A stretch of 35,569 bases of DNA from Bacteroidota bacterium. GTDB taxonomy: Bacteria; Bacteroidota; Bacteroidia; Bacteroidales; UBA4417. The stretch is taken from NCBI GenBank assembly GCA_020048595.1, contig JAIFMH010000378.1, forward strand, positions 1-35,569. The letters run 5' to 3'. The position numbers and the translations under genes were made by a program. Each line of letters begins with the position of its first letter. Position 1 is the stretch's first letter. Below are positions 1-9,339 of the stretch, one piece after another. A model generated the notes under the pieces. It was given only the letters and a program-made list of their open reading frames with translations, did no database searches and was not told the DNA's origin.

Positions 1-1781
1 TCTTCCTTATCAAAATCATTGCCTGTAACAGCTTTGTAAATGGCAACATAATTATCAACATGACCGGGAACTTTACCTGGTTCGGCATGGGTATGGTTAT
101 CTTCGGGTTCCACATCATTCCAGGGCAATTTACACAATCCCTGTAACCCGAACCAGGTGCGGAACATCGGGAAATAATGCAATGCTTCAGCTTTTTTCTC
201 AAAAGTAGGAATCTGGTTATTTACCATATCCATAAATATCAGCCAGGCTTCGTCGTGCTGCGGACCCTTATTGGTCATAGCATAACCGCCTTGCTGCGCA
301 AGCGACTCCTTGGAAACATATTGTGAATACTCGAGGCCTTTGTTTTCCATACCTATATCCTGCATGAAACCTGCATCACCCCAGCCTTTAGCTGCAAACA
401 ATTCTTTCATTTTATGAACACCAAGTCCGGCAATTTTACCGAACCCTTCACCACGGGAAACCAGATGAAGGAGTTCCATGGCTGTATCGGCATTGCCAAA
501 GTTCAGTTTCATTCCACCGGTACGTTCCTCATTTAAAATACCATTTTCGTAACATTCCATTAAGAATCCAAGAATAGTTCCCCATGAGATGGTACAAATA
601 CCGTATGTATCGCAGTAGAAATTCGATTCTATTGTAAAATCAGGATTAAAGATTCCCGCGATAGATCCCAGTGATGAAGTGGATTCATATTCGGGTCCGT
701 CGACAATAACTTTTGATCCTTTATAAGGGCCGGAACGCAGTTCATAATTATCAACTCCTTTGGCACAGGCCATGTTACAACCTATCCAGCAGCCATCAGG
801 CACACCTTGTGTGAAATACGATTTCCAAACATCGCCTGAAATCTTTACAGCATCAGGATGACTCCCGAATTTGAAATTATTAACCGGCAAAAGATCATAA
901 TCGTTCATTACCAATGTAAGGTGAGCTGTGCCTTTGCTGCGCATTTCGCATTGCTTGTCGTCGAGTTCGCGCATTTCACGGTTAAAGATTTTACCTCTTT
1001 CCATGATAGCCTGCAAGTCGATAACGCCATTGCGATTACCGGTAACACCTTTAGTATGAGCCACAACAGCTTTAATTCGTTTATCACGGAGAACCGTTCC
1101 AATTCCACCACGTCCGGCTTGTTTCAAACGCACCAGTTTACGTTTCGAATCAAAGAAACTGAAATTAAGCATACCGATAAGTGAGTTATCGGCCGCAGTA
1201 CCAGCTGATACTACCGAAACATTCATGCGGTCTTTTTCAGTTGAGGCTAGTGTTTCGGTCAGATACTCGGCCATTAAATGACTGTCGTTACTTTCGTCGG
1301 CTGCTTCATAAATTTCAACTACTTCGCGGGTTTCGTCAATTAACACAATTACATCCCTATCAGATTTGCCTTGCAGTTCGAGTGAATCGAATCCGGCAAA
1401 TTTCATGAAAGGGCCGAAAAATCCACCAACATTACTATCGACAGGGATGTCAGTTTGTGGTGAGATGGTAACAACCAGCGATTTCCCTGTACCTGAATAC
1501 TGAGTAATGCCACAAATAGGGCCGGTATTGATAACAATTTCATTTTCCGGATCGTTCCATCTTGTATCAGGTTGGGTGGCATCCCACAGCAGTTTCAGCC
1601 CGAAGCCTTTTCCGCCGGTAAATTTTGCCTTCATTTGTGCTGATACAGGTTTTTCCTTGATCTCACCGCTGCCAACATTAACATATAGCGTGCGGTTGTT
1701 GTAGCCTTTTTCGATTGGGGCCCATGTATACTTGTACGAAAACAAGAGTTTGTGGGTGTTTTGAAAATTTTCTAAGCTCAT
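1..1781 (-). CDS. aor: Aldehyde:ferredoxin oxidoreductase (AOR/WOR) family protein, W/Mo-pterin and [4Fe-4S]; 3' end lies outside the window
   Basis: Not in the ORF track. Manual translation from ATG at 1781 (MSLENFQNTHKLLFSYKY...) stays open to base 1 (593 codons). Motifs: GYNNRTLYVNV, FTGGKGFG, DSNVGGFFGPFMKFAGFD, AGRGGIGTVLRDKRIKAVV, CWIGCNMAC (765-791), GPEYE, YCDTYGICTISWG, GEGFGKIAGLG, KGLEY, GLCKLPW. Confidence 0.92.
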   Translation of the reverse strand, partial: MSLENFQNTHKLLFSYKYTWAPIEKGYNNRTLYVNVGSGEIKEKPVSAQMKAKFTGGKGFGLKLLWDATQPDTRWNDPENEIVINTGPICGITQYSGTGKSLVVTISPQTDIPVDSNVGGFFGPFMKFAGFDSLELQGKSDRDVIVLIDETREVVEIYEAADESNDSHLMAEYLTETLASTEKDRMNVSVVSAGTAADNSLIGMLNFSFFDSKRKLVRLKQAGRGGIGTVLRDKRIKAVVAHTKGVTGNRNGVIDLQAIMERGKIFNREMRELDDKQCEMRSKGTAHLTLVMNDYDLLPVNNFKFGSHPDAVKISGDVWKSYFTQGVPDGCWIGCNMACAKGVDNYELRSGPYKGSKVIVDGPEYESTSSLGSIAGIFNPDFTIESNFYCDTYGICTISWGTILGFLMECYENGILNEERTGGMKLNFGNADTAMELLHLVSRGEGFGKIAGLGVHKMKELFAAKGWGDAGFMQDIGMENKGLEYSQYVSKESLAQQGGYAMTNKGPQHDEAWLIFMDMVNNQIPTFEKKAEALHYFPMFRTWFGLQGLCKLPWNDVEPEDNHTHAEPGKVPGHVDNYVAIYKAVTGNDFDKE

Positions 1782-1816
1782 ATTCTGGGGTTTGTTTCTA
1801 TCTGTTAATCGATTCA

Positions 1817-1847
1817 CAAAAGTATAAAATGGGATTGATCTGCCAAG
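1817..1847 (-). promoter_or_regulatory. Bacteroidota sigma-A-type promoter for the AOR gene
   Basis: Minus-strand TACTTTTG (1824-1817) matches TAnnTTTG. CTTG lies 19 nt further upstream. The box sits 35 nt before the ATG. Confidence 0.6.
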
Positions 1848-2168
1848 TAATTTGGTTGAAAATTACGATATGAAAATTTTCAGTAATCGGTTAGCGTTGA
1901 AACACCTGTTTTTGTTGTATATGTCAATGTATTTATAACAAAAAAATGGAATGAAATCAGAACTTAAACGGATGAAAATTTATTTGCAGCTATCAGATTT
2001 GATCAGAAACCACCAGAATAGTGCTCAGACAGTAAGCTAAACAGAATAGATATGAAGGTTTTGCTTCAGAGATATAAGATTATAAATCAAAATCCTGATA
2101 GGTGCTACTTGCAATCGAAATGCAATTCCATGACCTGGTAATTCGAATCGAATTGCGAATAACAAAAT

Positions 2169-2900
2169 CTACTTCCCGGCTGCCATATTTCCGGTTCCAG
2201 TTTCACTTTTAATTTTAATAGCTGCAAAAAACTCCATTACAATACGCTCATGAAAAAAAGAATACAACCTTCGGTCGCGGAGCTTCGATTTGCATTTGTA
2301 CCGCGTAAGCTGAGTGATTTCTGTAAATCCTTCAGGAGTAGAAGTTAAGGTAAACTTTTGCGTCCCTTTTGTACTGCCATGGTCCATATAGCAATATTCA
2401 ATTTCCTTGCGGTCATGATCAAGTTTTGTTACTTCCATTGCAACAGCGAGGTTTTTTATACCGTTTAACACCCGCAGATTAAAGAACAAAATCTGACCTT
2501 CTTCAATACCATCATACGATTCATTCTGGTAAAGAAAATTATTGAATTTTTTGGAATATAATAATCCGAAAGTGACTATACGTCCGTCAAATTCCTCACT
2601 TGGCGACTGGTGAATCAGGTTATCCCAAACCACATCAATATCCTGCCTGATGAGCTGCGACTTATTAAACATTTTAAAAGTGCCTGAATCCGGAGAATTA
2701 TAGCAAACAGGATTCATATCACCAAAAGTCCGTATACCAAAGTTCTTTTGCCGGGATATAAGTTTACGTACTTGCTTATTCTGTATCCGGCGAAAGTCAA
2801 CGGAATCGATAGGTACCGGCTCGTAAACGGATGAAAATCCTGTAAAACAAACAGATAAAAAGATAAGTAGAAGCAGTAAATGCGAGTGATGCCTTGCCAT
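2169..2900 (-). CDS. Exported hypothetical protein, possibly SRPBCC/START-like fold
   Basis: 243-aa ORF with a hydrophobic N-terminal signal (LLLLLIFLSVCFTGFSS). The alternating beta pattern, IDVVWD and a C-terminal helix (SFFHERIVMEFF) only suggest the fold. Confidence 0.6.
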   Translation of the reverse strand: MARHHSHLLLLLIFLSVCFTGFSSVYEPVPIDSVDFRRIQNKQVRKLISRQKNFGIRTFGDMNPVCYNSPDSGTFKMFNKSQLIRQDIDVVWDNLIHQSPSEEFDGRIVTFGLLYSKKFNNFLYQNESYDGIEEGQILFFNLRVLNGIKNLAVAMEVTKLDHDRKEIEYCYMDHGSTKGTQKFTLTSTPEGFTEITQLTRYKCKSKLRDRRLYSFFHERIVMEFFAAIKIKSETGTGNMAAGK

Positions 2901-3291
2901 TATTTGATTTTTTGATACAAAAGGAATTATGCCCGCTTTGCAGTGATCGGGTCAAAGTTAAAACATGAAATGCCGGAAGATTCTTTGTTTCAGAAAACAA
3001 ATATAGGCAAGTGAATATTACTGACAAAATAATATTTTACACATAGTTTATTTCCAGCGTTTCAGATGTGAGAAATTGATTTAATTATGCATCAAACCGA
3101 CCAAATGTTTTGCAATGATAAAGCAGGGCAATACTATACATGTATATTTAAAGCATACAACTGAAAGCGTTTGGCTTGCATCATTTACAGTATGCCATAT
3201 AATGTAATATTTACATATGATGGAGTTATTTCAAGTAATATAGAAAAGAATAAATTTTTTATTGAATTGCAAGATCTGATATTATTTATAA

Positions 3292-3299
3292 TAGCTTTG
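3292..3299 (+). promoter_or_regulatory. Putative -7 promoter box for the TonB receptor operon
   Basis: TAGCTTTG matches TAnnTTTG, about 120 nt upstream of 3422. ATTG lies 22 nt upstream. Confidence 0.5.
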
Positions 3300-3421
3300 C
3301 AATTATGTTTTACGACTCCAAATGATGGAGATTGTGCTTCATTCACAGGATTGGTATTTGCGCCACATCTTCTAATATAAGGACTAAAACTCCGGAAAAA
3401 TAATTTATTTCAATTCCTCAA

Positions 3422-4138
3422 ATGATTGCCGCACGAATGACTTTACTTGCCCGCTCTGTAATATTGATTATACTGGTTGTGGTTTCAACAACAGCTATCG
3501 CACAAGCACCTTCTGATAATTATGACCCGGTATATGGTTTTGATCCTTTGTTATACAATGGCCGGATGTACTATTTTTATCCTCAACCGGGTACGGGAGG
3601 CAACCAATATTTACAAGATGAATTTGATACCCAGGGATCGATCACATTACGTGGTGTTACTTACACAAATCAGAACATAAACTATGATATTTACAATCAA
3701 CAGCTTGTACTTAAATATAAAGATGCCATAGGATCGACAAAACTTATTGAGATTTCTCTTGCCTGGCTTGAATCTTTTACTTTAAACGGTTTCCCTTTCG
3801 AGTGTATAGACGAAGGCAACTCAAACAAGCGTATTTACCAGGTACTGGGCAGTGGAAGCAAAAAAATCCTGTATCATTATCAAAAGGATTTGTTGCTGCA
3901 TTCCCAAACAATCTCCGGACTGTATTACTTTTCGAAAACGATCAGGGAAAAGTATGTTTATATTGATAACCGGAGTGTAAAATTTACAAATAACAACAGC
4001 TTCATTTCTGATTTCAGTCCGTCAGATCAGGTATTAATTAAGAAGTACCTCCGCAAACAAAATATTAATGTAAAAAAAGCGAACGATCTTATTCTTACCG
4101 ATTTAATCAACTATTGCAAATCTCTTGACGGACAGTGA
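3422..4138 (+). CDS. Exported hypothetical protein, first gene of the TonB receptor/DUF4249 operon
   Basis: 238 aa with a Sec signal ending AIA-Q. Contains LYNGRMY and INYDIYNQQLV segments. Its stop overlaps the next start (GTGA). Confidence 0.75.
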   Translation: MIAARMTLLARSVILIILVVVSTTAIAQAPSDNYDPVYGFDPLLYNGRMYYFYPQPGTGGNQYLQDEFDTQGSITLRGVTYTNQNINYDIYNQQLVLKYKDAIGSTKLIEISLAWLESFTLNGFPFECIDEGNSNKRIYQVLGSGSKKILYHYQKDLLLHSQTISGLYYFSKTIREKYVYIDNRSVKFTNNNSFISDFSPSDQVLIKKYLRKQNINVKKANDLILTDLINYCKSLDGQ

Positions 4139-6909
4139 AAAACTTATTTATATCCTTTCTTCTCCTCCTGCTTTCGGTTACTTTATCTGCTCAGAAGCAA
4201 AGTACAGTAATTTCCTGCCATGTAAACGATGTTCCGTTCAGTGAGTTTTGCAGTCTGATTGCAAAACAAACTTCAGTGAAGGTTTTTTACCAGGAAAAAT
4301 GGATCAATCAATTGAAAGTCACCCTTAATGCCGATAGCATAACACCTCTTTTGGCTATAACCCAGGTGTTGAAAGGAACAGGCCTCGAAGTATCGGTCTG
4401 GCACGGCAACCTTATGGTACTTCCAGGGGAGAAACTTATCCCCTCACTACCTTCCTATATAACAAATACAAATACTACCGCTAACACTGAAGGCGGTCCG
4501 GATGGGCTCACTGAAAGTGAAGAAAAGTATATCACCGGTCGTCAGCCTAATGCAACGCAAACCATTTTAATTGGACGTAAAGGAGCTTCCATAACAGGAA
4601 CAAAAGCTAAATTGTCGGGTCGGATTATGGATGAAGAAACCGGGGAGCCTATCCTTTATGCCACAATTTTTATTGAAGAAACAAAAACCGGGGCGGTATC
4701 CGATGCCAATGGATTTGTTTCCATTTCGCTAAAGCCCGGAATGTATAATGTACAGGCCGAATACCAGGGTTACGCAAAGAAAAAGTATCAGTTTGATGTT
4801 TTATCAGATGGTAATTTTACTATTACCATGAAAAAATCTTTTATACAAATGCAGGAAGTGGTTGTTTACGGCGACCGCCAGATGAGTATGAAATTAAAAG
4901 ATCCGGGACTTGAAAAACTATCGGTGAAAGCAATCCGGTCAATACCCATGATGCTTGGCGAAAGGGATATTTTGAAAGTATCGCAGATGCTGCCTGGGAT
5001 TGTAAGCGTGGGCGAAGGATCAGCCGGAATAAATGTAAGAGGTGGCAGTTCTGACCAAAATGCGTTCTATCTCAACAAGATTCCTATTTACAACACATCG
5101 CATTTATTTGGATTCTTCCCGGCTTTTAATTCCGATATCATCAAGGATTTCTCTGTTTATAAAGGCCTGATCCCTGCAAAATATGGCGGGCGTTTATCAT
5201 CCGTTTTTAATATCGTTTCCCGCCAGGGAAACAGAAAACGGTTCATGGCTCGCGGTGGAATAAGTCCTATCTCGGCAAACATTGTACTTGAAGGACCCAT
5301 TAAAAAAGATGTCAGCTCAATACTAATAAGTGCCCGGTCGTCCTACTCCGATTGGATGCTGCAAAAAATAAAGGATCCTGTTATCAGGGCAAGTAATGCA
5401 GCATTCAGTGATTTTTCTGCTTCAGTAAATTATGATCTGAGTAAAACTCAAATTTCGGCATTTGCTTATTACAGCAAGGATAGATTTAAATTATCAGATA
5501 TAAACGAGTATGAATATTCTAATGGCGGCGTTTCTTTAAATTTCAGTCATAATTACAGTTCTTCGCTGCATGCCGAATATGCCATTATCGGGTCAAAATA
5601 TTCATTCACCACCATTGATAAACAGGAAGTTTCATCAGCCTATGCCCATACCTATAATATTGGACAGCTTGAAGCACGCGCTGATTTCGATCATGCAACC
5701 GGAGATAAAAATACGCTTGAATATGGCGCGGATATCATCTATTATGCTCTTGACAGAGGCACTATCAATCCGTATGGAGCGGCATCGTTACGACTACCGG
5801 TAAAACTGGGTGAGGAGCAAGCCTATGAAAGCTCGCTTTACATCTCCGACAATTACGATTTGCTCCCATGGCTGAACGTGAGCGCAGGGATCAGGTATTC
5901 TATGTTTACTCCTACCGGACCAAAAACGGTATATACCTATCGCCCTGATGCAGAAATGATTGCTGAAAACGTGACCGATTCCATTGTTTTTGGCAACAAC
6001 AAGCCTATTAAATGGTATGGTTCTCCACAGATAAGAGCAGCCGTTAATATGGAAACTGACCCTAATGGTTCCATAAAAATCAGCTTCAGCCAGATGAGCC
6101 AGAACCTTTTCATGTTGAACAACACGATTTCAATTTCACCGAACACCCAATGGAAACTGGCCGATTATCACATTGCGCCATCCAACAGCAACCAACTATC
6201 GCTGGGTGTTTTCCGCACAACACGCAAAGGTTTCCTGGAATCTTCATTAGAAGTATTTTATAAATACACAACCGATTATCCTGAATTTAAGGATGGCGCT
6301 GACTTTTTAAATAATCCAAATCTCGAGACAGCAATTTTACAGGGAACACAAAAAGCTTATGGAATTGAGTTTTTCCTGAAACGCAGTTCAAAGAAACTTG
6401 AAGGGTGGTTATCCTATACCTATTCCCGCTCTATTGTTCAGGTTGACGGCGGAGAAGATTGGAACAGTATAAACGGTGGAATTAGTTATCCGGCAAATCA
6501 TGATATTCCGCATTCGTTGAATTTAGTACTCAGTTATCACATTACAAGGCGACTCATCTTTTCATCCATAGTAACCTACCAAACCGGAAAACCTGTCACT
6601 TATCCGGTATCGGTATATTACATTGAGGGATTGCCATATCTCGATTATTCAGCGCGAAATGCGTACAGGATACCTGACTATTTCCGTACCGACGCCTCTT
6701 TAACCATCGAAGGCAACCTGAAGAAACGTAAATTACTGCACTCATCCATTATTCTGAGTGCATACAATGTAACAGGTCGTCAAAATCCTTACACTGTATT
6801 TTTCAAGACTGACAACGGGAACATCTACAGCTATCAATACTCAGTAATAGGAGTACCAATTTTTACAATAACATGGCTCTTTAAACTTGGGAACTATGCT
6901 ACTGATTAG
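4135..6909 (+). CDS. TonB-dependent outer-membrane receptor (STN-like + carboxypeptidase-regulatory-like + plug + barrel)
   Basis: 924 aa, GTG start, signal peptide. CarboxypepD_reg-like segment LSGRIMDEETGEPILYATIFI...GAVSDANG; TonB-box-like MQEVVV; plug motifs INVRGGSSDQN and KYGGRLSSV; barrel motifs AYGIEF, GWLSYTYSRS and PDYFRTD. Confidence 0.92.
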   Translation: MKNLFISFLLLLLSVTLSAQKQSTVISCHVNDVPFSEFCSLIAKQTSVKVFYQEKWINQLKVTLNADSITPLLAITQVLKGTGLEVSVWHGNLMVLPGEKLIPSLPSYITNTNTTANTEGGPDGLTESEEKYITGRQPNATQTILIGRKGASITGTKAKLSGRIMDEETGEPILYATIFIEETKTGAVSDANGFVSISLKPGMYNVQAEYQGYAKKKYQFDVLSDGNFTITMKKSFIQMQEVVVYGDRQMSMKLKDPGLEKLSVKAIRSIPMMLGERDILKVSQMLPGIVSVGEGSAGINVRGGSSDQNAFYLNKIPIYNTSHLFGFFPAFNSDIIKDFSVYKGLIPAKYGGRLSSVFNIVSRQGNRKRFMARGGISPISANIVLEGPIKKDVSSILISARSSYSDWMLQKIKDPVIRASNAAFSDFSASVNYDLSKTQISAFAYYSKDRFKLSDINEYEYSNGGVSLNFSHNYSSSLHAEYAIIGSKYSFTTIDKQEVSSAYAHTYNIGQLEARADFDHATGDKNTLEYGADIIYYALDRGTINPYGAASLRLPVKLGEEQAYESSLYISDNYDLLPWLNVSAGIRYSMFTPTGPKTVYTYRPDAEMIAENVTDSIVFGNNKPIKWYGSPQIRAAVNMETDPNGSIKISFSQMSQNLFMLNNTISISPNTQWKLADYHIAPSNSNQLSLGVFRTTRKGFLESSLEVFYKYTTDYPEFKDGADFLNNPNLETAILQGTQKAYGIEFFLKRSSKKLEGWLSYTYSRSIVQVDGGEDWNSINGGISYPANHDIPHSLNLVLSYHITRRLIFSSIVTYQTGKPVTYPVSVYYIEGLPYLDYSARNAYRIPDYFRTDASLTIEGNLKKRKLLHSSIILSAYNVTGRQNPYTVFFKTDNGNIYSYQYSVIGVPIFTITWLFKLGNYATD

Positions 6910-8062
6910 ACTTACACTCATATTCTTGCTTTTACCGCTGATATTTACAGCTTGTATTAAGTCGTATCAGCCTGAAATTACCGGCAGTGATGTAAGTAAA
7001 TATGTGGTTTCGGGACAGATAACTAACCTTAACAGCATTCAAACCGTTACCATTTCAATGACTTCATCAATCAATGAACTTGAGGCAATACCTGTTACCG
7101 GATGTACTGTGATTATATCAGATGATCAGGGACACGAATTCCCGATGATTTATTCAGAAAATGGAAATTACACCGGCCAGATTGATCAACAATATCTTAT
7201 CCCCGGAAATTCATTTAAAGTTGACATTCTCACTTCGGATGGAGATAAAATTGTTTCTGATTATGACCATCTTAGTTCCAGCCCGGCAATCGATTCCATA
7301 TATTTCATCAGAAAAGACCTGTCCACCGCTGATCCTTCGAAACCATTAAAAGGGATTCAGTTCTATATTGATCTTAAAGGTGATGTAACTGATAGTAAAT
7401 TTTACAGGTTCGAAGTGTTTGAAACATGGGAATATCACTCTGAATACCCTGTGGAATGGTTTTTTGCAGGAAAAATACAGCGTGCTCAACCAGCCGATTA
7501 TTCCCTCAGCATCTGTTGGTCAACCTTCCGGATTAATAACATCTATGCACTTACAACTGGAAAACTTTCGGAGAACAAATACAAGTTGTTCCCTCTCAAC
7601 TTTGTGGATAACAGGACTGACAGGCTGGTGTATGGTTACAGTTTGTTGGTAAACCAATACTCATTGAGTGAAGATGCTTATATTTACTGGAATCAGTTAC
7701 GTATTAACAGCACCAGCCAAGGCGGATTGTACGAAAGGCAACCCTTAGCGGTAAAAGGAAACCTGCGTAACCTCACACATCCGGATCAGGAAGTCCTGGG
7801 ATTTTTCGGTGTATCATCAGTTACAACTAAAAGAATTTTTGTACGAAATGTTGAAAATCTGGAGATGGAAAATACATCCCGCTGTGCAGAGCGCCCTCTG
7901 TTGAATCCTCAATTTCAGCTCTATAATTTAGATGCAAGCTTTTATCCCGTTTATTTAAAAGAGGACTCAGCCTACAATCCAACAATAATATTGGACAAAG
8001 GATGTGTTGATTGCCGGGCTTATAATGGAACAACAGTAAAACCTGATTTTTGGCCATGGTGA
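6896..8062 (+). CDS. DUF4249-family lipoprotein (paralog 1)
   Basis: Likely start is ATG 6896 rather than TTG 6887, overlapping the receptor's 3' end. Lipobox FTA-C20. Motifs VVSGQIT, IDSIY, YSLLVNQYSLSEDAYIYW, KGNL, VLGFFGVSSV and CVDC...KPDFW. Confidence 0.85.
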   Translation: MLLIRLTLIFLLLPLIFTACIKSYQPEITGSDVSKYVVSGQITNLNSIQTVTISMTSSINELEAIPVTGCTVIISDDQGHEFPMIYSENGNYTGQIDQQYLIPGNSFKVDILTSDGDKIVSDYDHLSSSPAIDSIYFIRKDLSTADPSKPLKGIQFYIDLKGDVTDSKFYRFEVFETWEYHSEYPVEWFFAGKIQRAQPADYSLSICWSTFRINNIYALTTGKLSENKYKLFPLNFVDNRTDRLVYGYSLLVNQYSLSEDAYIYWNQLRINSTSQGGLYERQPLAVKGNLRNLTHPDQEVLGFFGVSSVTTKRIFVRNVENLEMENTSRCAERPLLNPQFQLYNLDASFYPVYLKEDSAYNPTIILDKGCVDCRAYNGTTVKPDFWPW

Positions 8063-8171
8063 AATGAAGTATAAATCGTTTTCCTGCGCAGGAATTACAA
8101 ATAAAACAGACTCAGATTCTTAAATCGGAATCTCAATTTTAAATTAACCAGGCTGATTTTAGCTGAAAATT

Positions 8172-9338
8172 ATGAATAAGATTAAACTTGTATTTTTATT
8201 TTGGGTAACAGTCTTGATGATGACCTCCTGTTTCAAGGTATACGAACCAGAAATTGAAGGCAGTGACTTCAACAAACTTGTAGTTTCGGGCCAGGTTACC
8301 GACTTTGACGGAAATCAGACAATTACGATTTCAAAATCTTCATCAATAAATGTTCAGGAAGAGATTCCTGTTACCGGATGCACTGTTACCGTATTTGACG
8401 ATAAAGGCAATCAATTCCCTATGATTGATTCAAGTTCAGGCGGAAAGTATCGTGGCAGAATTGATGCCGGATATTTTACTACCGGCAGTTCCTTCAAAGT
8501 TGAAATTATAACACCCGCAGGAGATAAAATTATTTCTGATTTCGACCAGTTTAATGCTTGTCCGGAAATAGACTCTGTTTATTATCTGAGAAAAGATCTG
8601 CCTACAAATGATCCGGAACAATTTACGGAAGGGATACAGTTTTATATTGATCTGAACGGGGATAACTCTGATGGCAAATATTACAGATTTGAAGCAATTG
8701 AAACCTGGGAATACCATGCGCTGTATCCGATTGAATGGCTTTATAACGGATCAAAAGTTGTACAAATGTTTCCTCCTGATTTTTCAAAATATACCTGCTG
8801 GGCAACATTACCGGTTAAAAATATTTTTACGCTTTCAACTGAAAAACTTGCTGAGAATAAATACCAGCAACTTCCGCTTCATTTCGTTGATAATACTACT
8901 TCAAGGTTGCTTTATGGCTACAGCTTACTTTTAAAACAACATGCAATAAGTGAAACCGCACATAAATACTGGAGCCAGCTAAGTACTATCAGTGCTGAGG
9001 AAGGTGGACTTTATAACAGTCAGCCTCAGTCAATAAAAGGCAACCTGTATAATGTTACACACCCGGATGAAGTTGTACTTGGCTTTTTTGGAGTATCATC
9101 TGTTACATCCAAACGTATCTTCATTCACAACGTTGAAGACCTTGAAGTTGAATATCAGGTGCCTTGTAATCCTATCCCATTAGGTAAATGGGGCTTTGCG
9201 TCCTTTGTTCATTTGCCAAAACCACTGTACCTTGTTGGCGACTCACAAGGATGGCAGCCTTTCATTATGAATGCAGAATGTGTAGATTGTACCGCTACAA
9301 AGGGAGTTACTAAAAAACCTTATTTTTGGCCAAACTAA
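8172..9338 (+). CDS. DUF4249-family lipoprotein (paralog 2)
   Basis: 388 aa, lipobox MTS-C20, collinear with paralog 1 (IPVTGCTV, GIQFYIDL, ETWEYH, YGYSLL, THPD..VLGFFGVSSVT.KRIF, CVDC...KP.FWP). Confidence 0.85.
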   Translation: MNKIKLVFLFWVTVLMMTSCFKVYEPEIEGSDFNKLVVSGQVTDFDGNQTITISKSSSINVQEEIPVTGCTVTVFDDKGNQFPMIDSSSGGKYRGRIDAGYFTTGSSFKVEIITPAGDKIISDFDQFNACPEIDSVYYLRKDLPTNDPEQFTEGIQFYIDLNGDNSDGKYYRFEAIETWEYHALYPIEWLYNGSKVVQMFPPDFSKYTCWATLPVKNIFTLSTEKLAENKYQQLPLHFVDNTTSRLLYGYSLLLKQHAISETAHKYWSQLSTISAEEGGLYNSQPQSIKGNLYNVTHPDEVVLGFFGVSSVTSKRIFIHNVEDLEVEYQVPCNPIPLGKWGFASFVHLPKPLYLVGDSQGWQPFIMNAECVDCTATKGVTKKPYFWPN

Positions 9339-9339
9339 T

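Noticed and set aside
858-1704. Short track ORFs 858-1184, 908-1111, 1181-1408, 1507-1704
   Set aside because: They are antisense or off-frame shadows of the long AOR reading frame.
2797-3380. ORFs 2797-3027 and 3171-3380 in the divergent promoter region
   Set aside because: Non-ATG starts, no recognisable motifs, and overlap with a real gene or a promoter box.
8003-9290. CVDC motifs as heme c attachment sites
   Set aside because: They are followed by R or T, not H, so they are not CxxCH.
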